This document shows, in pieces, positions 51,127 to 60,374 of a stretch of DNA of 64,000 nt. Under the pieces are notes generated by a model that did no database searches, was not told the origin of the DNA, and saw only the letters and a program-made list of their open reading frames with translations. The position numbers were made by a program, and so were the translations under genes. The stretch covers positions 2,000,504-2,064,503 of the forward strand of contig OZ244707.1 in assembly GCA_965218875.1 (NCBI GenBank), given 5' to 3'. The stretch is from Dehalococcoidia bacterium (GTDB lineage Bacteria; Chloroflexota; Dehalococcoidia; Lucifugimonadales; UBA3495). Each line of letters starts with the position of its first letter. Position 1 is the stretch's first letter.

Positions 51127-51174
51127 TCACGGGCGCAGTTGTCCAAGCCGCCAGGCGGCGCCCCAAACCAATAC

Positions 51175-51606
51175 CTACCCCGCCGGGCGGAACTTGGGCA
51201 GGCTGACGTTTTCGTTCACGTCTTCGAACACCACCTCCACCGCCATCCCCACCTTTATGGCCGCCGGGTCCGGCGCCACCTCCACCAGGTTGGTGGGCAT
51301 CCGGGGGCCTTCTTGAAGCTCCACTATCGCCGCCACGTAGGGCGTGCGCTCGCGAAAGGCCGCCGTGGGGCCCCGGTGCACTATGGAAAAGGTGTGCAGC
51401 GTGCCCGCTCCCTTGCTCTGGACCCAGTCAGTGTCCCGGGAGAAGCAGTGGGGGCAAATGTCCCTGGGGTAGAAGTAAGCCTGGTCGCAGCTTCGGCAGT
51501 GCCGCAGCCACAGCTCGTGGGCCTTGCACTTCTCCCAGTAGAAGTCCGACTCCGGCTGAGACGGCGGCGCGGGTATGGGCGGCAGGTCTTGCGCCGGTTG
51601 GGTCAT
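51175..51606 (-). CDS. Zn-ribbon/OB-fold protein (DUF35 family)
   Basis: CRSCDQAYFYPRDICPHCFS rubredoxin-like ribbon followed by an OB-fold region (GTLHTFSIVHR...VAAIVELQEGPRM). Confidence 0.8.
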   Translation of the reverse strand: MTQPAQDLPPIPAPPSQPESDFYWEKCKAHELWLRHCRSCDQAYFYPRDICPHCFSRDTDWVQSKGAGTLHTFSIVHRGPTAAFRERTPYVAAIVELQEGPRMPTNLVEVAPDPAAIKVGMAVEVVFEDVNENVSLPKFRPAG

Positions 51607-51902
51607 ACGTCCCCCTGGGCTCTCAGGCTATGCGGGTTCCGGGCCTCCGGAAAGCAAGAAGAGAATAAGGAGAAATCCAGCCCCAGTCAACTTGGCCGGC
51701 ATGGCGGCCAATCGTGCCGGGCGCCATGGGCCTCCGTATCGGGCGCCGCCCGGGGCCGGCTTCCCCCCTGCCTGGGGTCCTCGGAGGCGTTTTGACAAAA
51801 ACAAGGCCCCGGCTTAGCATGGGCCGGAGGGCAGCAATCGGGGCCGGATGGCCCGCTTCTCTACGGGTCACAAGTCGGAAAATTCCGGGAGGCTTGAGCG
51901 AC

Positions 51903-52346
51903 ATGGATGCAACGGGCGTTTCTCACATTGCTATTTGCGTAAGCGACCTGGACCAGTCCCTGACCTTTTACCGGGACGTATTGGGCATGGAGGTGACCAT
52001 GGACGAGGTCCAGGACACCACCACCGGCGGCCTGCCCAGCGTGTACAAGCACCAGCGCAAGACCCGCCGCACCGTCCACGTGCGCAGCGGCAGCACCCCG
52101 GAGCTGGTGTTGACCAGCCATCCCGGCGACCAGCCCGATGGCGGGCCCATAAAGCTGGACCAGATCGGGATCAGCCACTTCTCTTTCACCGTCCCCGACG
52201 TCAAGGCCTTGGGCGAAGAGCTGGCGGCAAAAGGGGTGGAGTTGGCCGCGCCCATGGAGGCGTTTTCCAACGCCCAGGGCGCGATCAGCAGCATCTTCGT
52301 CTACGACCCCGATGGAATCCTGCTCCAGTTCGACGACCACGGTTGA
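51903..52346 (+). CDS. VOC (glyoxalase/bleomycin resistance/dioxygenase) family protein
   Basis: VSHIAICVSDLDQSLTFYRDVLGM and GISHFSFTV...IFVYDPDGILLQF. GGGAGG precedes ATG 51903. Confidence 0.8.
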   Translation: MDATGVSHIAICVSDLDQSLTFYRDVLGMEVTMDEVQDTTTGGLPSVYKHQRKTRRTVHVRSGSTPELVLTSHPGDQPDGGPIKLDQIGISHFSFTVPDVKALGEELAAKGVELAAPMEAFSNAQGAISSIFVYDPDGILLQFDDHG

Positions 52347-52348
52347 CC

Positions 52349-52888
52349 ATGACGGAGCCCGGCGGCCACGCGGACAGCCATGACCTGGACAAGCTGGAAC
52401 GCTGGAGCCGGGCGCTGGCCTCGGCGGCGGCCCCGGGGTTTCCGGTCTGGGCCGTATTCCTGGTGGCGCCCGAGGACCGCGTTGCCCACGACGTGTTCCG
52501 GGAGTTCCGGTCCAGCTTCAGCGATATGGGAGCGGACTTCCAGCACCTGGTCATCTTCGGGCAGCACGGGGTGTCCACCACCGTCCAAGGCTTGACGGCC
52601 GGGTTGCGCTTGTCCCCAGGCTCACTGCCCTTGCTGGCCCTGTTCCCCGGCCCCTCCGGAGCGACGGGGACGATGTTCCACACCCTGACCCTGACCAAGG
52701 GCGGCTACGGCAAGGACGCGGCGTCTTCGGAAACAGCCGGACAAGGACCCTGGCGCGCGGTGCTCGATTGGCTGCCGGCTGGTGCCGACGGAAAGACTCT
52801 GGATGAATCCCCGATTCCCGAGCTGGAGCGCCGGGCCCTGGGCAGCAGTTCCCTGGAGGCGCTGGTATCCGGCCTGCTGGCCGGCTAG
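52349..52888 (+). CDS. Hypothetical protein, start 2 nt after the VOC gene stop
   Basis: A 179-aa ORF starts 2 nt after the VOC stop. No family recognised. Confidence 0.4.
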   Translation: MTEPGGHADSHDLDKLERWSRALASAAAPGFPVWAVFLVAPEDRVAHDVFREFRSSFSDMGADFQHLVIFGQHGVSTTVQGLTAGLRLSPGSLPLLALFPGPSGATGTMFHTLTLTKGGYGKDAASSETAGQGPWRAVLDWLPAGADGKTLDESPIPELERRALGSSSLEALVSGLLAG

Positions 52889-52934
52889 CCGCCTCCGTCA
52901 TACGGGATAGCGGTCTGTGCCGCGGGCCCCGGTC

Positions 52935-53714
52935 CTACCCAATGACCCCGACGGCCATCAATACTCCCCAGGCGATCAGGCCGACCCCGGAGGCCCGGCT
53001 CAACGCCTGGCCCTGGGGCGCCGCTTTTTCCAGCAACACGAACCCGGCCAGGACCGCAATCCAGAGCAGGTTCATCACCCCCAGGACGAAGAGCAGCCCC
53101 ATTAGCACCCAGCAGCAGCCCACGCAGTAGGCCCCGTGGTGCAGTCCCATCAGAAGCGCCCCCCTGCCTCCCTCGCGCCAGCTATTCATTAGGAACGAAA
53201 ACGGGGAGCGGCACTGGGTCAGGCATACGTACTTCAGGCGGCTCCACTGGAAGGCTCCCGCCACCACCAGCAAAGCGCCGCCCAGGTAGGCGCTGGTGCT
53301 CCCGCCCATCATGGAGTCCAGGAGCGAGTTGACGTGAAGCGCCCAGTTGGCCGCGGTGGCCACGGCGGCGAAGGCGCACCAGACCAGCAGGTACCCCAGG
53401 AGGAACACCCCGGTGGAGACAAAGGGCTGCCGCCGCTCCCGGGACCTGCGGTTGACGGCGGCGAAAACCAGGACCATTGGCGCGGCGGTGGGCGTCATCA
53501 TGGCCGCCATCATCACCGCCCACATGAGGAACATCAGGCCAAAGTCGGCGGCGGTCCAGGCGCTCAACCGGGGCATGGTCATGTCCATGGCGCTGCTGCC
53601 GCTCGCCAGGTAGACGATGTAGGCCCAGGCCAGCCCGGCCACCGCCAGGATTCCGGCGGCGACCACCGCCCGGTCTCGCCGGAGCACGGTTTCCAGGGGA
53701 GTGGCGGCTGCCAT
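52935..53714 (-). CDS. DUF2182-like predicted metal-binding integral membrane protein
   Basis: Polytopic protein with Met-rich FLMWAVMMAAMMTPTAAPMVLVFA and C-terminal HHGAYCVGCCW, the layout I associate with DUF2182. Confidence 0.6.
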   Translation of the reverse strand: MAAATPLETVLRRDRAVVAAGILAVAGLAWAYIVYLASGSSAMDMTMPRLSAWTAADFGLMFLMWAVMMAAMMTPTAAPMVLVFAAVNRRSRERRQPFVSTGVFLLGYLLVWCAFAAVATAANWALHVNSLLDSMMGGSTSAYLGGALLVVAGAFQWSRLKYVCLTQCRSPFSFLMNSWREGGRGALLMGLHHGAYCVGCCWVLMGLLFVLGVMNLLWIAVLAGFVLLEKAAPQGQALSRASGVGLIAWGVLMAVGVIG

Positions 53715-53881
53715 CGATATCGCCTCGCCTCGTGGACTTTACCGGCGCCCGTGTCCGGGCCCAAGCGGCCGGCCACGCCGGATGAAAGGGGTCTATGCGG
53801 CCGGTGGCCGGGGAAAATATACCCCAACCGCCCGGCGGGTGTCACGGCAGGGCATCTTTCAAGGATCGCCCAGGCCCTGAG

Positions 53882-54281
53882 AGGGCCTTTTAATTGTCAT
53901 CACCATGAAAATAGCTTGCCGCGCCCCCACCATGTCATTCCGTGGCCGCAAAGCGGCGAGGAATCTCAAGTCCTGAGCCGGAGTCCGGGTCGGGGTCGGC
54001 TGCCGGGCCGGGGATGCCGCGCTCAGGGGATATGCGTCATCGGTAGGGGCGAAAAATCTTTCGCCTCTACGTAGGGTCCTGCGCGTACGGGCTAGGCTCC
54101 CACCATGTCATTACCATGAAAATAGCTTGCCGCGCCCCCACCATGTCATTCCGCGGCCGCAAAGCGGTGAGGAATCTGAGATTCTTAGGTCCGGGCGACC
54201 ATGGCCTTGGGCAGAGATTTCAGATTCCTCCCGTTGGTTCGGAATGACAAGTAGGGACCAAGGTGACAGTTAAAAGGCCCC
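53882..54281. repeat. Composite MITE-like element (element I) with an internal 65-bp duplication
   Basis: Termini AGGGCCTTTTAATTGTCATCACC and GGTGACAGTTAAAAGGCCCC are inverted copies of each other. ACCATGAAAATAGCTTGCCGCGCCCCCACCATGTCATTCCG.GGCCGCAAAGCGG.GAGGAATCT occurs at about 53901..53966 and 54113..54177. There is also a GTAGGGGCGAAAAATCTTTCGCCTCTAC hairpin. Confidence 0.7.
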
Positions 54282-54466
54282 AGCCGGCCTCCTTATCACG
54301 GCGTCATAGGTACGTTGACCATCGGCCCATCGGCGGTTAAGATGATTCGGGCACACTAGCCCAAGGATCGGTGTCCCGGAAGTCGCGTCCGCCGGCAGCA
54401 AATGCGCCTCCGGTGCAACCCATCACAATAATGCGATGCTATAATTCCGCCCAGGAGGTGGCCTAA

Positions 54467-55342
54467 TTGGAATGGATTGATTACGAAGCGCCCAAGACCA
54501 TCGCGGAAGCTGTGAGCCTCATGGCTTCCAAGGGAGACCGAGCCAAAGTCATTGCCGGCGGCACCGACATCCTGGTGAACCTCAGGGTGGGCCGGCGCGG
54601 CGCTGACCTGCTGGTGGACGTGAAGGCAATCCCCGAAGTTAACGAGTTGTCCTATAGTCCTCAAAGCGGGCTGGTGCTGGGAGCGGCGGTCCCCTGCTAC
54701 CGTATCTACGAGGACCAAACCGTAGCGTCCGCCTACCCCGGGCTCATCGACGCGGCCTCGCTGATCGGCGGCATCCAAATCCAGGGGCGCGCCAGCATCG
54801 GCGGCAACCTGTGCAACGCCGCGCCCAGCGGAGACTCTATTCCTCCGGTCATCGTGCTGGGCGGTGTATGCAACATCGTCGGCCCCAACGGCAGCCGGCA
54901 GGTGGCGGCGGAAGACTTCTGCACGGCCCCCGGCCGCAGCGTTCTGCAGGACGGAGAAATCCTGGTCTCGATCAATATTCCCGCCCCGCAGGCCCATTCG
55001 GGCGCCAACTACCTGCGGTTCATCCCCCGCAACGAGATGGACATTGCCGTCGCCGGCGTGGGCAGCTCGGTGGTGCTGGACGCCTCCGGCCAGAACTTCG
55101 TGTCGGCCCGCATCTCCCTGGCGTCGGTGGCGCCCACCCCGGTGCTAGCCGCGGAGGCCGGGGACAGTCTGGCGGGTCAGCCGGTCTCCGAAGCGTCCGT
55201 ACAGGCGGCCTCGGAAAAAGCCATGGCCGCCGCCTCGCCCATCAACGACATGCGGGGCACCATCAGGCAGCGGACCCACTTGGTCGGAGTCTTGACCCGG
55301 CGCACCTTGAATAACGCTATCGAACAAGCTAGAGGTGGATAA
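54467..55342 (+). CDS. Xanthine dehydrogenase/CO dehydrogenase family FAD-binding medium subunit (CoxM-like)
   Basis: KVIAGGTDILVNLR, GASIGGNLCNA and a C-terminal CO_deh_flav_C-like region (NDMRGTIRQRTHL). TTG start with GGAGGTG upstream. Confidence 0.88.
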   Translation: MEWIDYEAPKTIAEAVSLMASKGDRAKVIAGGTDILVNLRVGRRGADLLVDVKAIPEVNELSYSPQSGLVLGAAVPCYRIYEDQTVASAYPGLIDAASLIGGIQIQGRASIGGNLCNAAPSGDSIPPVIVLGGVCNIVGPNGSRQVAAEDFCTAPGRSVLQDGEILVSINIPAPQAHSGANYLRFIPRNEMDIAVAGVGSSVVLDASGQNFVSARISLASVAPTPVLAAEAGDSLAGQPVSEASVQAASEKAMAAASPINDMRGTIRQRTHLVGVLTRRTLNNAIEQARGG

Positions 55343-55344
55343 CA

Positions 55345-55818
55345 ATGCCTGGAGTAACCCACGTACAAACGACAATCAACGGTGAGCCGGTCAACTTTCT
55401 GTGCGAGCCCCGGCAGAGCCTGCTGGAGTGCCTGCGGGACGTGCTCGGCATGACCGGCAGCAAGGAAGGGTGCAACGACGGCAACTGCGGCGCGTGCACC
55501 GTGCAGTTCGACGGCAGGATCGTGGACTCGTGCCTGGTCCTCGGCGTAGAGGCGCAGGGCAAGGAAATCTCGACTATTGAAGGTATGGCAACCCCCGAGG
55601 GGTTGCACCCGTTGCAGCAGGCCTTCCTGGAACAGGCGGCTTTGCAGTGCGGCATCTGCACCCCCGGTTTCCTAGTGGCGGCCAAGGCGCTGCTGGACCA
55701 GGAACCCGACGCCGATGAGGCTCGGATCCGCCATTGGCTGGCGGGCAACCTGTGCCGGTGTACCGGCTACGACAAAATCGTCAGGGCGGTGCTGCAAGTA
55801 TCTCAACCAGGCAGCTGA
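55345..55818 (+). CDS. (2Fe-2S)-binding small subunit (CoxS-like)
   Basis: [12 protein letters not shown] and QCGICTPGF...CRCTGY, the two [2Fe-2S] cysteine clusters of this family. Confidence 0.92.
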   Translation: MPGVTHVQTTINGEPVNFLCEPRQSLLECLRDVLGMTGSKEGCNDGNCGACTVQFDGRIVDSCLVLGVEAQGKEISTIEGMATPEGLHPLQQAFLEQAALQCGICTPGFLVAAKALLDQEPDADEARIRHWLAGNLCRCTGYDKIVRAVLQVSQPGS

Positions 55819-55830
55819 GGTGAGAGACAA

Positions 55831-58122
55831 GTGACCTCTAACCAAGGGACCTCCAACGTAGTACTGTCCGAAGTCGAATACCGGGTCGTGGGCCAGCGGC
55901 CCATACGCCCCGATGGCGTGGACAAGGTCACCGGAAGGGCGCAGTACGGCGCCGACGTGACCCTGGCGGGCCTCCTCCACGGGAAGGTCCTGCGCAGTCC
56001 CCACGCCCACGCCAGGATAGTGTCCATCGATACCTCCCGGGCCGAAGCCCTGCCCGGGGTGAGAGCCGTGGTCACGGCGAAAGACCTGCCCTTCTCCGGG
56101 CTTTCCAAAGAGGAGTTGGGAGGCGACTACCTGAGGTTCAAGTTCGCCAGCGACCACGTGTTGGCCAGCGACAAGGTGCTGTTCAAGGGCCATCCCGTGG
56201 CGGCGGTGGCGGCGGTCAACCAGCACGTAGCCGAGGAAGCGGCCAAGCTGGTCTCGGTGGTCTACGAGGAGCTTCCCGCCGTGTTGGACGTGCGGGAATC
56301 GATGCGGGAAGACGCGCCCTTGCTTCACGACGGACTGCACACTTCTTCCCTGGGCGAGACCTCGGAGCGGTCCAGCAACGTGGCTGCCCATCTTCGCTAC
56401 GAGAAGGGCGACGCGGAACAGGGCTTCGCCAAGGCCGACGTGGTGGTGGAGCGGGAGTTCACCACCGCCCCGGTGCACCAGGGCTACATAGAGCCCCACA
56501 ACGGCACCGCCTTCTGGAACGCCGACGGCCAGTTGAACATCTGGACCAGCACCCAGGGCGCGTTCCAGGTAAGGGCCGCCGTCGCCGACGTCCTGCGGCA
56601 GCCGGTGTCGAAAATCAAGGTTACGCCCATGGAAATCGGCGGCGGGTTCGGCGGCAAGATACCCGCCTACCTGGATGCCATTGCCGCCACGCTGTCCCGC
56701 AAGACCGGGTCTCCGGTAAAGATAACCATGAGCCGCATCGAGGTGTTCGAAGGGTCCGGGCCGGCCCCCGGCTCTTGGGCCAAGATTAAGGTGGGGGCCA
56801 CCAGGGACGGCCGGCTGACCGCCTGCCAGGCGACCATGGCTTTCGAAGCCGGGGCGTACCCGGGATCGCCGGTGATGCAGGGCATTACGTGCGCCTTCGG
56901 CTGCTACGACGTGCCCAACGGCTTGGTCGACGGCTACGACGTTGTGGTCAACAAGCCCAAGTCGGCGGCCTACCGGGCCCCCGGCTCGCCCCAGGCGGCC
57001 TTCGGCGTCGAGTCGGTAATGGACGAAATCTGCGGCCGGTTGGGCATCGATCCCATAGAATTCAGGCTCATCAACGCCGCCAAGCAGGGGACCCGCCGGA
57101 TCGAAGGGCCGGCGGTGGCCCGCATCGGGTTGGTGGAGTGCCTGGAGGCGGCCCGCGACCACGAGCACTACAAGACCCCGGTGGGAGACGGAAACCGCGG
57201 GCGCGGCGTGGCCTGCGGGTACTGGATGAACCGTTCCTTCCAGTCCAGTCTTTCCATGACCGTAAACTACGACGGGACCATAACCCTGATCATGGGCTCG
57301 GTGGACATCGGCGGCACCCGGGCGTCCATCGCGCAGCAGACAGCGGAGGCCTTGGGCATCTCCTACGAGGACGTCAAGCCCACCGTGGTGGACACCGATT
57401 CCATCGGCTACACCTTCATCACCGGCGGCAGCAGGACCTCCTTCGCCACCGGCTGGGCGGCCATCGAGGCCGCGGAGGACGTGAAAGCCCAGATGGTCAC
57501 CAGGGCCGCCAAGATCTGGGACACCCAGCCCGAAGACGTAGAGTATGCCGATGGGGTCATTCAACACACGTCGGACCCGGAATTGCGGATGACCTTCAAG
57601 GAGTTGGCCAGGCAGTTGGGGGCCACCGGCGGCGCGATCACCGGGGCTTCCAACGTGGAGCCCACCGGAGAGGGCAACGGCTACGCGGTCCACCTGGTGG
57701 ACCTGGAGGTCGACCAGGAAACCGGCAAGGTCGAGATCCTCCGCTACACCGCAATCCAAGACGCCGGCAAGGCCGTCCATCCCAGCTACGTGGAAGGGCA
57801 GATGCAGGGCGGTGTGGTGCAGGGAATCGGGTGGGCCTTGAACGAGGAGTACTTCTTCAACGACAAGGGGCACATGCTCAACTCCAGCTTCCTGGACTAC
57901 CGCATGCCCACCTCCCTGGACCTGCCCATGATCGACACGGTCATTGTGGAAGTGGCCAATCCGGGCCACCCCTATGGAGTCCGGGGCGTTGGCGAGGTGC
58001 CCATAGTTCCCCCCATGGCCGCCATCGCCAGCGGCATCAACGGGGCCACCGGGGCGAGGCTGCAAAGCCTCCCCATGACCCCGGGCAAGATACTGGAAGC
58101 CGCCTGGGACCAAGAAGACTGA
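55831..58122 (+). CDS. Molybdopterin-binding large subunit of a xanthine dehydrogenase-family enzyme (CoxL-like)
   Basis: [34 protein letters not shown], and C-terminal [19 protein letters not shown] did not see the form I CO-dehydrogenase active-site loop, so the substrate is left open. Confidence 0.9.
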   Translation: MTSNQGTSNVVLSEVEYRVVGQRPIRPDGVDKVTGRAQYGADVTLAGLLHGKVLRSPHAHARIVSIDTSRAEALPGVRAVVTAKDLPFSGLSKEELGGDYLRFKFASDHVLASDKVLFKGHPVAAVAAVNQHVAEEAAKLVSVVYEELPAVLDVRESMREDAPLLHDGLHTSSLGETSERSSNVAAHLRYEKGDAEQGFAKADVVVEREFTTAPVHQGYIEPHNGTAFWNADGQLNIWTSTQGAFQVRAAVADVLRQPVSKIKVTPMEIGGGFGGKIPAYLDAIAATLSRKTGSPVKITMSRIEVFEGSGPAPGSWAKIKVGATRDGRLTACQATMAFEAGAYPGSPVMQGITCAFGCYDVPNGLVDGYDVVVNKPKSAAYRAPGSPQAAFGVESVMDEICGRLGIDPIEFRLINAAKQGTRRIEGPAVARIGLVECLEAARDHEHYKTPVGDGNRGRGVACGYWMNRSFQSSLSMTVNYDGTITLIMGSVDIGGTRASIAQQTAEALGISYEDVKPTVVDTDSIGYTFITGGSRTSFATGWAAIEAAEDVKAQMVTRAAKIWDTQPEDVEYADGVIQHTSDPELRMTFKELARQLGATGGAITGASNVEPTGEGNGYAVHLVDLEVDQETGKVEILRYTAIQDAGKAVHPSYVEGQMQGGVVQGIGWALNEEYFFNDKGHMLNSSFLDYRMPTSLDLPMIDTVIVEVANPGHPYGVRGVGEVPIVPPMAAIASGINGATGARLQSLPMTPGKILEAAWDQED

Positions 58123-58146
58123 GCGTCAGCCACTGGAGGCGCAGCA

Positions 58147-58782
58147 ATGGCCATCAGCACGTTCCGCCGGGTCGTTACCGAGGTTGACCAGCTAAGGGAA
58201 ATACTGGGCCACCCCATGGAGATGGCGGTCCAGAAGCAGATATCGGCCCTTGACCACCACTGCCGCGATTTCATAGCCCGGTCCCCGTTCTTGCTCATCG
58301 GCACCGCCAGCGGGGCTGGAGTCTGCGACGTTTCCCCCAAGGGCGACCCCACGGGGTTTGTCCAGGTCCTCGACGACAACACTCTGGTTATCCCCGACCG
58401 CCCGGGCAACCGCCGGGCCGACACCCTGACCAATATCCTGGAGAACCCCCAGGTCGGGTTGCTCTTCATGATTCCCGGAATCGAGGACACGCTCCGGGTG
58501 AACGGCCGCGCCCACATTGTGCAAGACGAGGACCTCCTAGAGCGCACGGCCGTCCGAGGGAAGAAGCCCCTGCTTGCCATTGTGGTGGAGGTGGAGGAGG
58601 CGTTCCTCCACTGCGCCAAGGCCTTCAAGCGCAGCCGGCTCTGGGACCCCGAGTCCCAGGCGCCCCGGGGCGAGCTGGCGACGCTGGCCAAGATGGTCAT
58701 GGACCACACCGGCTACGACGCTTGCACCCTCGACGAGCTGGAGGAGAAGGTGGAGGAGTCCTACAAGACGGACCTCTATTGA
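58147..58782 (+). CDS. Pyridoxamine 5'-phosphate oxidase-like FMN-binding split-barrel protein
   Basis: SPFLLIGTASGAGVCDVSPKGDP...VIPDRPGNRRADTLTNILENPQVGLLF matches the PNPOx-like family pattern. Confidence 0.75.
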   Translation: MAISTFRRVVTEVDQLREILGHPMEMAVQKQISALDHHCRDFIARSPFLLIGTASGAGVCDVSPKGDPTGFVQVLDDNTLVIPDRPGNRRADTLTNILENPQVGLLFMIPGIEDTLRVNGRAHIVQDEDLLERTAVRGKKPLLAIVVEVEEAFLHCAKAFKRSRLWDPESQAPRGELATLAKMVMDHTGYDACTLDELEEKVEESYKTDLY

Positions 58783-58826
58783 GAGCCGGGGCAGGGCGCT
58801 TTCAGGTGGAGTAAGGAGTTGCGGTC

Positions 58827-59132
58827 TTGGCCACGGTGTTCATTCCTACCATGCTCCTAAAACTGACCGGCGGCGTGAAGCAGGTCGACTTCGAGGCCCG
58901 CAACGTGCGCCAGGTGGTCGACAAATTGGAAGAGCTCTACCCTGGTATGAAGGACAGCCTCTTGGAGGAGGGCAAGATCAAGCCCAGCCTCGCGGTGGCC
59001 ATTGACGGGGAGGTCGCCCGCATGGGCTTGCTGGAGAGGCTCAAAGAGGACTGCGAGGTCCACTTCGTGCCCGCCATCGGCGGCGGAGAAGGCGCTTCCG
59101 GCCCGGCCACCCCCTCCCATGGCAATCGTTAG
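58827..59132 (+). CDS. MoaD/ThiS/CysO-type ubiquitin-like sulfur-carrier protein with a C-terminal extension
   Basis: VFIPTMLLKLTGGVKQVDFEARNVRQVVDKLEELYPG...VHFVPAIGGG follows the beta-grasp sulfur-carrier pattern. 14 residues (EGASGPATPSHGNR) follow the Gly-Gly. Confidence 0.65.
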   Translation: MATVFIPTMLLKLTGGVKQVDFEARNVRQVVDKLEELYPGMKDSLLEEGKIKPSLAVAIDGEVARMGLLERLKEDCEVHFVPAIGGGEGASGPATPSHGNR

Positions 59133-59198
59133 CACCCGTGCGGCCATGCCGCCGCCGCGGACCCCCTCACCACTAGGCCGCGCAAGGGCTATACCCGC

Positions 59199-59711
59199 TT
59201 GACCAAGAACAACTCCAACCACCGCGTGGAAACCCTGGTGTCGGCGGGTGGAGTCGTCTACCGGAGAGACGGCGAGCGTTTGGAGGCGGTGCTCTGCGGG
59301 CGGACCCTGGCTCCCAAACCGGGCGGCGAGGGCGATATCCAGGACGGCGGCGGGGACGGGCCCCCGGGAGAGACGTTCCGCTGGAGCTTGGCCAAGGGTA
59401 CGCCGGACCCCGGCGAGACCATCGAGGAGACGGCCCTGCGCGAGGTGCGGGAGGAGACGGGCTTGGAGGTGGAGATCGATGCCCCTTTGGGCAGCATCGA
59501 GTACTGGTTCGCCGGCCGTGACCCCGGGGTGCGCTTCCACAAGACCGTCCATTTTTACCTGATGGTCCCCACGGGAGGCAGCACGGACTTGCACGACCCG
59601 GAATTCGACGTGGTCCGGTGGTTTAAGTGGGACGAAGCCCTGAAATCGCTGGCCTACGTCAACGAGGCCAACGTGTTGCGGCGCGCCTTCGACGTGATCT
59701 CCCGGGGATAG
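59199..59711 (+). CDS. NUDIX hydrolase
   Basis: Nudix box GTPDPGETIEETALREVREETGLEV. TTG start. Confidence 0.8.
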   Translation: MTKNNSNHRVETLVSAGGVVYRRDGERLEAVLCGRTLAPKPGGEGDIQDGGGDGPPGETFRWSLAKGTPDPGETIEETALREVREETGLEVEIDAPLGSIEYWFAGRDPGVRFHKTVHFYLMVPTGGSTDLHDPEFDVVRWFKWDEALKSLAYVNEANVLRRAFDVISRG

Positions 59712-59723
59712 GGGACTAGCCCA

Positions 59724-60326
59724 ATGCTGGAACTCCGCGGCGCAAAAATTGTTCTTCGCGACAAGCGCTTGGAAGACGCTGAGCAGGACTATATCTGGCG
59801 AAGCGATCCGGAACTGGCGCGCCTCGACGCGGCCTACCCCCTGACCATGAGCTTCGAGCGGTACCTAAAGATATTTCAGGACCAACTCCGCTACCCCACT
59901 CCCGGCTCTCACCACTTCTCCACCGATACCGTCGGCGGAAAGTTCATCGGCAACTGCATGTACTACGATCTGGACTCGGTGAACCGGGAAGCGGAGCTGG
60001 GCATAGTGATCGGCGACCGGGAGTACTGGGGCAACGCCTACGGCTATGACGCCGTCACCACCCTCCTAGACTACATGTTCGCCGAGAAGAAGCTGAAGCG
60101 GGTGTATCTGCACACCCTGGCCTGGAACACCCGGGCCCAGCGCTGTTTCGAGAAGAGCGGCTTCAACCCGCTCAAGAAGGTGCGCCGCCTGTCCCAGGAC
60201 TTCATCCTCATGGAAGTGCTGCGGGAAGACTGGCTGGCGACCTGCGAAGAGCGCCTGGCTGCCCGTTGGCCCGCCTCGGACCGTGAGACCTCTTCTCCGG
60301 AGTTACCGGAGCAGCGGCCGGGCTAG
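59724..60326 (+). CDS. GNAT family N-acetyltransferase (RimJ/RimL-like)
   Basis: ELGIVIGDREYWGNAYGYDAVTTLLDYMF...KRVYLHTLAWNTRAQRCFEKSGF is the acetyl-CoA binding core pattern. Confidence 0.8.
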   Translation: MLELRGAKIVLRDKRLEDAEQDYIWRSDPELARLDAAYPLTMSFERYLKIFQDQLRYPTPGSHHFSTDTVGGKFIGNCMYYDLDSVNREAELGIVIGDREYWGNAYGYDAVTTLLDYMFAEKKLKRVYLHTLAWNTRAQRCFEKSGFNPLKKVRRLSQDFILMEVLREDWLATCEERLAARWPASDRETSSPELPEQRPG

Positions 60327-60374
60327 GACCGCCAACCACTCTACGGACCATCGGGGATAGGCGCGGTCCCGGCG

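Noticed and set aside
51848-52348. The upstream part of the long ORF 51848..52888, which overlaps the VOC gene.
   Set aside because: The VOC frame (51903..52346) has clear family motifs and an RBS. The other frame only becomes plausible from ATG 52349, just after the VOC stop.
54467-58122. Calling the CoxM/S/L-like genes a bona fide aerobic carbon monoxide dehydrogenase.
   Set aside because: I could not find the form I CODH active-site loop (AYxCSFR-type) in the large subunit by eye, and no coxDEFG accessory genes are present. It is annotated only as a xanthine dehydrogenase-family molybdoenzyme.
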